From the NCBI GenBank assembly GCA_029547745.1, contig JAKPOQ010000033.1, forward strand, positions 59,129 to 123,128: DNA of 64,000 nucleotides, written 5' to 3'. Origin of the DNA: Actinomycetes bacterium. GTDB taxonomy: Bacteria; Actinomycetota; Thermoleophilia; UBA2241. The first letter of the stretch is position 1, and every line of letters begins with the position of its first letter. Below are positions 58,599 to 64,000 of this stretch, one piece after another. The notes under the pieces were generated by a model. That model did no database searches. It was not told where the DNA came from and was given only the letters and a program-made list of their open reading frames with translations. The position numbers and the translations under genes are program-made.

Positions 58599-58853
58599 TC
58601 AGGGCTCGCGGGTGACCGTGATGAAGCGGCCGGCGGCACGGGTGCTGAACCCGACGCGCCCGGTCACCTTGGCGAAGATGGTATGGTCGACGCCGATGCC
58701 GGCGCCTTCGCCGGCGCGGAACTTCGTGCCTCGCTGGCGGACGATGATCGACCCGGCCGGCACGACCTGGCCCGCGAACGCCTTGACGCCGAGACGCTTC
58801 GCCTCGGAGTCGCGCCCGTTGCGACTGGTGCCGGCGCCCTTCTTATGCGCCAC
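58599..58853 (-). CDS. rpmA: 50S ribosomal protein L27
   Basis: [28 protein letters not shown]...[10 protein letters not shown]; GTG start with an AAGGAGAG Shine-Dalgarno that lies inside the rplU 3' end (11-nt overlap). Confidence 0.92.
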   Translation of the reverse strand: MAHKKGAGTSRNGRDSEAKRLGVKAFAGQVVPAGSIIVRQRGTKFRAGEGAGIGVDHTIFAKVTGRVGFSTRAAGRFITVTREP

Positions 58854-59190
58854 CCTTGCTCTCCTTGTCGGCCTTGAGGGTGATCGATTCGATGGTAAGC
58901 CGCGAGAGACGACTGCGGTACCCGCGCGTCTTCCTGAACGTCGTCTTGGGTTTGTACGTGCCGACGCGCAGCTTCTCACCCAGGACGTGACCGGCGACCT
59001 TGGCCTTGACGGTGGCTTTCGCTCCGGGCTCGTAGCCGCCGCTCGCGGTACGCACCGCGAGGGCGTCGAGGGTGACGGTCTTGCCCTCGTCGGCGGCGAC
59101 GCGGTCGACGACGATGCTCTCGCCCTCTGCGACCTTGAACTGCTGACCGCCCACGCGCACCACGGCGTAGGCGACGTCGGTGTCGTTCAT
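58843..59190 (-). CDS. rplU: 50S ribosomal protein L21
   Basis: [22 protein letters not shown]...[33 protein letters not shown]; GGGAG Shine-Dalgarno. Confidence 0.92.
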   Translation of the reverse strand: MNDTDVAYAVVRVGGQQFKVAEGESIVVDRVAADEGKTVTLDALAVRTASGGYEPGAKATVKAKVAGHVLGEKLRVGTYKPKTTFRKTRGYRSRLSRLTIESITLKADKESKGGA

Positions 59191-59264
59191 CCTGACTCCC
59201 GTGAAGACAACGGCGGTCGATGGTAGCCGACCGCCCGGGGAGGTGTCAATTCGGCGGGCTACCC

Positions 59265-62200
59265 TCAACTGCGGCCTCCTCCGGACCGGCCGCCGGTGAG
59301 GACGGCGGTCCCGCCCGTCCGCGACGCCGTCGTGATGCGCACTTTCCGTCGCTGGCCGACGAAGCCGCGCCCGCCCTCGACGATGACCATGTAGCCGTCC
59401 ACGTATCCCACCGCGTCGCGGGGACTGTACGTCAGCGAGTACTCGAGCTCGATCTCGACCTCCTGGCCCTCGCGGACCGGGACCAACTGCGCCTCGACCT
59501 GGGCCACCGGACCCTCGGCCAGCATACGGAACGCGTCCACCGGCACGGTCGACGACCCCTCGACGAAGATCCGCCGGCCGGTCTCCTTCTCGAGCGCCCT
59601 GAGCCTCCCGCCGGCCGTCAGGCGCTCGGCGACGCCGGTGTTCACCTCGACCAGGCATGCCTTCGCCCCAGAGCGCTTCGACTGCGCCCGCAGACGGCGT
59701 TCGACGCTCAGGGCGACGGTCTCTTCCGACAGTGTCCGCGCCTTGCCCTGGCAGGTCTGACAGGTGCGGGTGAGAATACCGCGCGCGCCGTCGGTCGTGT
59801 TCTGCCGGGTCATCTCGACGAGGCCGAGGGGCGAGAGCTCGACGACGTAGGTCTTCGTGCGGTCGGTGTCGAGTTCCGCCTCGAGCGTCGCGAGGACGGT
59901 CTCGCGGTTCTTGATACGCGCCATGTCGATGAAGTCGATGATGATGATCCCGCCGATGTCCCGCAGGCGCAGTTGACGCACGACCTCGCGCGCGGCCTCG
60001 AGGTTGGTGCGCAGGATCGTGTCCTCGAGGCCGCGCCCGCGTGTGAAGCGGCCGCTGTTGACGTCGATCACCGTGAGCGCTTCGGCATGGTCGATCACGA
60101 TGTTGCCCCCGCTGGGCAACGGGACGCGGCGTTCGAGGGCGCGCGAGATCTGCTCTTCGATGCCGTAGGCGTCGAAGAGCGGCTCCGCGCCCGTGTGCAG
60201 GCGGACCTTGGGGACCAGTTCGGGGGCGACCTTCTCGAGGTAGGCCGTGATCGTCTTCAGCCGCTTCTCGTCGTCGACGATGAGGCTCTCGACCGACTCG
60301 TTGAAGAGGTCGCGCGCCACCTCGAGGGCGATGTCGACCTCCTGATGGATGAGACCGGGGATCGGCGCCGTCTCGGCCTTCTTCTTCAGCCGCGACCAGA
60401 GCCGCGAGAGGTAACGCACGTCGCGGCGGATCTCGTCGAGACCCTTGCCCTCCGCCGCCGTGCGCACGATCAGACCGGCGTTCTTGACGCGGAGCTGTTT
60501 GCAGAGCTCGCGCAGACGCTCGCGCTCGCCTTGCCCGAGACGACGCGAGACGCCGACCCCGCTGCCTCCCGGCACGTAGACGACGTACCGCCCAGGCAGA
60601 GAGAAGTGCATCGTGAGCCGCGCGCCCTTACTGCCCATCGGGTCCTTCATGACCTGGACGACCACGTCCTGGCCGGGCTTGAGCACGTCGGTGATGCGAC
60701 GGCCGCGACGGTCGCCCTCCCCGGTACGCACCTCGTCGACGTAGAGGAAGCCGTTCTTGTCGATGCCGAAGTCGACGAAGGCCGCGTCGATGCCGGGAAG
60801 CACGCTCTCGACCTTGCCGCGATAGATGTCGCCAAGGTAGGAACGCCTCTCCGGGCGTTCGAAGTAGATCTCCGCCAGACGCCCGTCCTCGACCAGGGCG
60901 ACGCGCAGCTCGTGGGGGTCCTCCGTCACGAGGATGAGCTTGCGCTTGGGCAGCTCGACGCTGACCTCGGGGCGCCGGCCCGTCGTCAGAGCGGGCCCTT
61001 CGATCGCGCTCGCGTCGGCGCCGGTCAAGCCCTCGGAGCCCGCGATCGCCTTCGGCCGACGACGGTCGCGCCGGCGGCTCTTCGTCGCGGTTCGCTCCTC
61101 GCCCGCCGGCGCACGCTCGGGCCCTGCGCCGGGCATGGCCGCCGCCCCGGTTCCGGGCTCGGCCTCGGCGCCGGCTCCGCGCTCGGTCTCAGAGACGGCT
61201 CCGGACTCGGCCGCGGAGACGGCTGCCGTCGGCGCCGCCGGGGCGGTCGCCGCCAGGAGCGTCGGCTCTGCGGCGACAGGAGCCGCCACGGCCTCCGCGC
61301 GCTTCGTGCGGCGACCGCCCCGCCGACCACGCCGCTTGCGTTCATCCTCGCGCACGGCCGGCGCAGCCTCCGCGCCCCGGGCGCCTTGACCTTCCGCCGC
61401 CCGCGCCTCGGCCGACCGCGGCTCCTCAGACTCAGTCGATGCGATCACCATCTCGGCCGCCGTGGGACCCTTGAGCGACGTCGGCTGCGCGGCCAAAGTC
61501 GGCCGTTCATCGCCTGCCGGCTCGCCGGCGGCAGCCGAACCCTCGGCGTGCCCCGGCTCCCCGGGAGCGGCTGGTCCCTCGGGCGCACCGGTCTTGACAC
61601 TCGGCTCCGACCCGGATTCGCCGGCGCCCTGCGCGGCAGCGCGGCGCGCTTCGCGGGCGCGCACGCGCCGCCCGCCGCGCGACCCGCGCCGCCGCCGCTT
61701 GGGCGCCGCCTCGTCACCCTCGGGCGTGCCCTCCGCGGCATCACCCTCAGGAGCGCCTTCCACCTGCCCGGCCGCAGGTTCGACCCGTCGGCGACCCGAT
61801 GCACCGCGCTTGGCACGTGGCCTCGGCGCCGCTTCTGCAGCCACCCTCGGCGTCTGCTCACCTGCCGCCCCGCCAGCCGCCGGCGTCTGTTCCCCTGCCG
61901 GCGCAGTCACAGCTGACGCCTGCTCCTCTGCCGGCGTGCCGGCGCCCGGCGCAGACTCGGCCGCAGGCGCGGAGCCGCCCGCCGCCGGTGCCTCGGGCGC
62001 TCCCGCCGGCTCGGCGGCGTCGCCTGTGGCAGCACCCTTGCTGCGATGGCGCCCGGCTCCCCCACGCGTCCCACGCCGCCGGCGGCTGCCGGCGCCCGCA
62101 GCGGAGCTCTCCGACGACGCCTCCGCAGCGGTCGCTGACGCGCTCCCGGAGGGCGCCTCGCCGGCCGAGGCGGACATCGTCGAGGGCGCCTCGCCGGCCC

Positions 62201-62378
62201 CCTCCCCGGACCCGCTTGCAGCGGCGCCGTCGGGCGACGGCGGAGCGGCGGCCTCGGTGGACGACGCCGGAGCAGCGGCGCCGTCGGGCGACGCCGGGGT
62301 GGCGCCGTCGGCGCCCTCCCCGGTCTTCTGCACCTCGATCTCGCCACGCACGACCTTCCGTCTTCTCCGTTCGGTCAC
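59265..62378 (-). CDS. rne: Ribonuclease E/G family endoribonuclease with an approximately 470 aa low-complexity N-terminal region
   Basis: The C-terminal half carries the S1 domain (YRGKVESVLPGIDAAFVDFG), the DNase-I-like catalytic domain (LIVDDEKR..., VIDVNSG, GGIIIIDFIDM) and a Zn-link CQTCQG; the N-terminal half is an Ala/Glu/Pro/Gly/Arg-rich repetitive region. Confidence 0.9.
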   Translation of the reverse strand: MTERRRRKVVRGEIEVQKTGEGADGATPASPDGAAAPASSTEAAAPPSPDGAAASGSGEGAGEAPSTMSASAGEAPSGSASATAAEASSESSAAGAGSRRRRGTRGGAGRHRSKGAATGDAAEPAGAPEAPAAGGSAPAAESAPGAGTPAEEQASAVTAPAGEQTPAAGGAAGEQTPRVAAEAAPRPRAKRGASGRRRVEPAAGQVEGAPEGDAAEGTPEGDEAAPKRRRRGSRGGRRVRAREARRAAAQGAGESGSEPSVKTGAPEGPAAPGEPGHAEGSAAAGEPAGDERPTLAAQPTSLKGPTAAEMVIASTESEEPRSAEARAAEGQGARGAEAAPAVREDERKRRGRRGGRRTKRAEAVAAPVAAEPTLLAATAPAAPTAAVSAAESGAVSETERGAGAEAEPGTGAAAMPGAGPERAPAGEERTATKSRRRDRRRPKAIAGSEGLTGADASAIEGPALTTGRRPEVSVELPKRKLILVTEDPHELRVALVEDGRLAEIYFERPERRSYLGDIYRGKVESVLPGIDAAFVDFGIDKNGFLYVDEVRTGEGDRRGRRITDVLKPGQDVVVQVMKDPMGSKGARLTMHFSLPGRYVVYVPGGSGVGVSRRLGQGERERLRELCKQLRVKNAGLIVRTAAEGKGLDEIRRDVRYLSRLWSRLKKKAETAPIPGLIHQEVDIALEVARDLFNESVESLIVDDEKRLKTITAYLEKVAPELVPKVRLHTGAEPLFDAYGIEEQISRALERRVPLPSGGNIVIDHAEALTVIDVNSGRFTRGRGLEDTILRTNLEAAREVVRQLRLRDIGGIIIIDFIDMARIKNRETVLATLEAELDTDRTKTYVVELSPLGLVEMTRQNTTDGARGILTRTCQTCQGKARTLSEETVALSVERRLRAQSKRSGAKACLVEVNTGVAERLTAGGRLRALEKETGRRIFVEGSSTVPVDAFRMLAEGPVAQVEAQLVPVREGQEVEIELEYSLTYSPRDAVGYVDGYMVIVEGGRGFVGQRRKVRITTASRTGGTAVLTGGRSGGGRS

Positions 62379-62384
62379 GATCGT

Positions 62385-63110
62385 TCACTCCTCTCCCCCG
62401 GACGATGCGTCGCGGGGCAATCCTTGGTAACTCACGCCCACACGCGTGAGATGGTGCGCGACCGACGCGCAACCGGCGCGGCCCGCGAGGAGGTCGATGA
62501 CCTCCTGGGGCCGCGCCGCCCCGTCATGCCGGTGGCGCACGACGAACGTCACGTGCGCTCCTCCCGGGACGGGCTGCACGGCCAGGTCGCCGACATACCT
62601 CGTCAAGTCGAGCGTGCGGCGCCCCTTGGGCGTGACACGCTCGACCGTCACTCCTTCTTGCGCGGCGAACCAAGTCGCCGCCGCCACGAGCGCGCCGGGG
62701 TCGCCGCGCATCTCGGCCGCGTAGCGCGCCTCCAGGGCACGCGGGCGCGGGCGCATCGCACACGTCTGCAGGCGCAGGGGCGTGATGCCGGGCGGCGCCG
62801 CCGCCTGCAGCGCGCCCAAGGCGCGCGCCGGCGGCGGCGCCCCGTCCGCCACCTCTGCGACGGCGAGCTCGTCCAATCCGGCCGCCCCGACGGGCAGGGG
62901 CAGCGGCAACGAAAGCCTCGCCTTGGGACGGAACCCCCCCGAGAGCGCGAGGGCGACCCCCGCACGGGCGAACGTCCGCTGCAGGGCGCGGACCGTGTCA
63001 AGGTGCGACACGTAGCTCGCCGCCCCGGAGCGTTCGAACCAGAGCAGCCAGTACGTTCCCGGCGCGTCTCCCCCACCGCCGGGTCGAGACTCTGCAGCGG
63101 CCCGCGTCAC
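62385..63110 (-). CDS. DUF2344 (TIGR03936-like) radical SAM-associated protein
   Basis: YWLLWFERSGAASYVSHLDTVRALQRTFARAGVALALSGGFRPKARLSLPLPLPVG matches the DUF2344 pattern; GTG at 63110 forms a GTGA overlap with the upstream radical SAM stop. Confidence 0.72.
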   Translation of the reverse strand: MTRAAAESRPGGGGDAPGTYWLLWFERSGAASYVSHLDTVRALQRTFARAGVALALSGGFRPKARLSLPLPLPVGAAGLDELAVAEVADGAPPPARALGALQAAAPPGITPLRLQTCAMRPRPRALEARYAAEMRGDPGALVAAATWFAAQEGVTVERVTPKGRRTLDLTRYVGDLAVQPVPGGAHVTFVVRHRHDGAARPQEVIDLLAGRAGCASVAHHLTRVGVSYQGLPRDASSGGEE

Positions 63111-64000
63111 GCGACGACCTCCATCTCGACGCCGCCGCCGCAGACACCGCAGGCTCCACATTCCCCGCGACGACAGTCCTCGGTATGCAGGCCGGCCTCG
63201 GCGCGCCGCCGCTCCTCGTCCAGGAACGCGGCATCGACGCCAGGGTCGACGGCCTCACGCCACGGGGCGGTGGCCGGGTCGGTCATCGCCGGCTCACCGA
63301 GCGTGACGCCGCAGGACGCGGCGGCCGTGCTCCAGGCACGCAGGTCGAAGCGCTCGCGCCAGCCGTCGAAGCGGGCGCCGTTGCGCCAGGCGGCTTCGAC
63401 GAAGGCGTCGGAGCCGCGACCGCCACGGGCGAGGCTCGCCTCCACGAGCGAGCCGGAGACGTCGTGGAACGCGGCCTTCACGGTCCGCGGCAGCGCGTCA
63501 TGCAGCAACCGCTGGCGTCGCCGCAGGACGACCTCGCCGGCGAACGCCTCGCGTTCGAACGGCGTATGCGGCTTGGGCACGAAGGACGACACGGCGACGC
63601 TCAGGCGGGCGCGACCGCGACTGACGCGCCTGGCGAGCTCCGCGGCCTTCGTCGCCGTTGCGGCGATGGCGCGCGCGTCGTCGTCGCTCTCACCGGGCAG
63701 GCCGAGCATGAAGTACAGCTTCAGCCCGGTGAACCCGCCGCTGAACACCGCCTCGACGGCGTCCATCAGTTGCGCCTCGTCGACCCCCTTGTTGATGCGC
63801 TCGCGCAGCCTCTGCGTCCCGGCTTCGGGGGCGAGGGTCGCCGACCCGCGCTGCCCGGCGCCGAAGCGCCCCAGACGCACGGCCGCGGAATCGACGCGCA
63901 ACGAGGGCAGCGAGACGCGCAGCCCCGGGCGCAAGGCGCGGACACGCTCGACCGCCTCTCCGATCGCCGAGTAGTCGCACGAGCTCAGCGAGACCAGCGA
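63107..64000 (-). CDS. B12-binding-type radical SAM protein (TIGR03960-like), C-terminal part; the 5' end lies beyond the window
   Basis: The frame stays open to the window edge (SLVSLSSCDYSAIGEAVERVRAL...FSGGFTGLKLYFMLGLPGESDDDA...SSFVPKPHTPF), which is a radical SAM C-terminal barrel. Confidence 0.72.
   Translation of the reverse strand, partial: SLVSLSSCDYSAIGEAVERVRALRPGLRVSLPSLRVDSAAVRLGRFGAGQRGSATLAPEAGTQRLRERINKGVDEAQLMDAVEAVFSGGFTGLKLYFMLGLPGESDDDARAIAATATKAAELARRVSRGRARLSVAVSSFVPKPHTPFEREAFAGEVVLRRRQRLLHDALPRTVKAAFHDVSGSLVEASLARGGRGSDAFVEAAWRNGARFDGWRERFDLRAWSTAAASCGVTLGEPAMTDPATAPWREAVDPGVDAAFLDEERRRAEAGLHTEDCRRGECGACGVCGGGVEMEVVA

Overview
This 64 kb window comes from a very high-GC chromosome and is densely packed with housekeeping genes. 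Its synteny is a mosaic of Firmicutes-like and Actinobacteria-like arrangements, which suggests a deep-branching high-GC Gram-positive lineage; that is an inference, not an identification. I called 66 protein-coding genes, and all but rpmB lie on the minus strand. There are no rRNA or tRNA genes, no mobile elements and no CRISPR array. Gene order (minus strand, listed left to right) is: pyrR(partial)-pruA-rluD-lspA-[small Zn-ribbon ORF]-DUF167-divIVA-sepF-yggS-S2P protease-[DHH/DHHA1-CBS-CCA nucleotidyltransferase fusion]-recG-degV(fakB)-DAK2(fakA)-asp23-DUF1858, then rpmB on the plus strand, then ribH-ribBA-ribE-ribD behind an FMN riboswitch, rpe-rsmB-fmt-def-priA-metK-gpsA-plsY-der-DUF512-ispH-plsC-cmk-tyrA-aroF-hisC-aroH-rluB-scpB-scpA-ftsZ-parA-like-yajC-tgt-queA-queH-ruvB-ruvA-ruvC-yebC-pdxT-pdxS-EF-G paralogue-dinB (LexA box)-rsfS-LytR_C-yqeK-nadD-proA-obg-rpmA-rplU-rne-DUF2344-radical SAM(partial). 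Many neighbouring genes share 4-nt ATGA or GTGA stop/start overlaps, which points to extensive translational coupling. The most notable observation is an orphan ParA/Soj-type ATPase whose 3' end overlaps a bona fide ftsZ. This ftsZ sits in the conserved pldP-scpA-scpB-rluB block rather than beside sepF/divIVA (35 kb away), which suggests a dedicated ParA-FtsZ division-positioning module. Other points of interest are two genes (DUF167, rsfS) whose conserved N-termini lie upstream of any canonical start codon, exactly where a GTGA-type coupled start would be expected, a radical SAM/DUF2344 pair coupled to rne, an EF-G paralogue with an 18-bp perfect palindrome in its promoter region, several perfect short tandem duplications in intergenic regions, and clustered GTCAGGC-type repeats flanking rpe that embed the stop codons of rsmB and rpe. 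The long plus-strand ORFs in the track are antisense artefacts of high GC. All calls are from reading the sequence and ORF translations and recognising domains from memory. No database searches were run.
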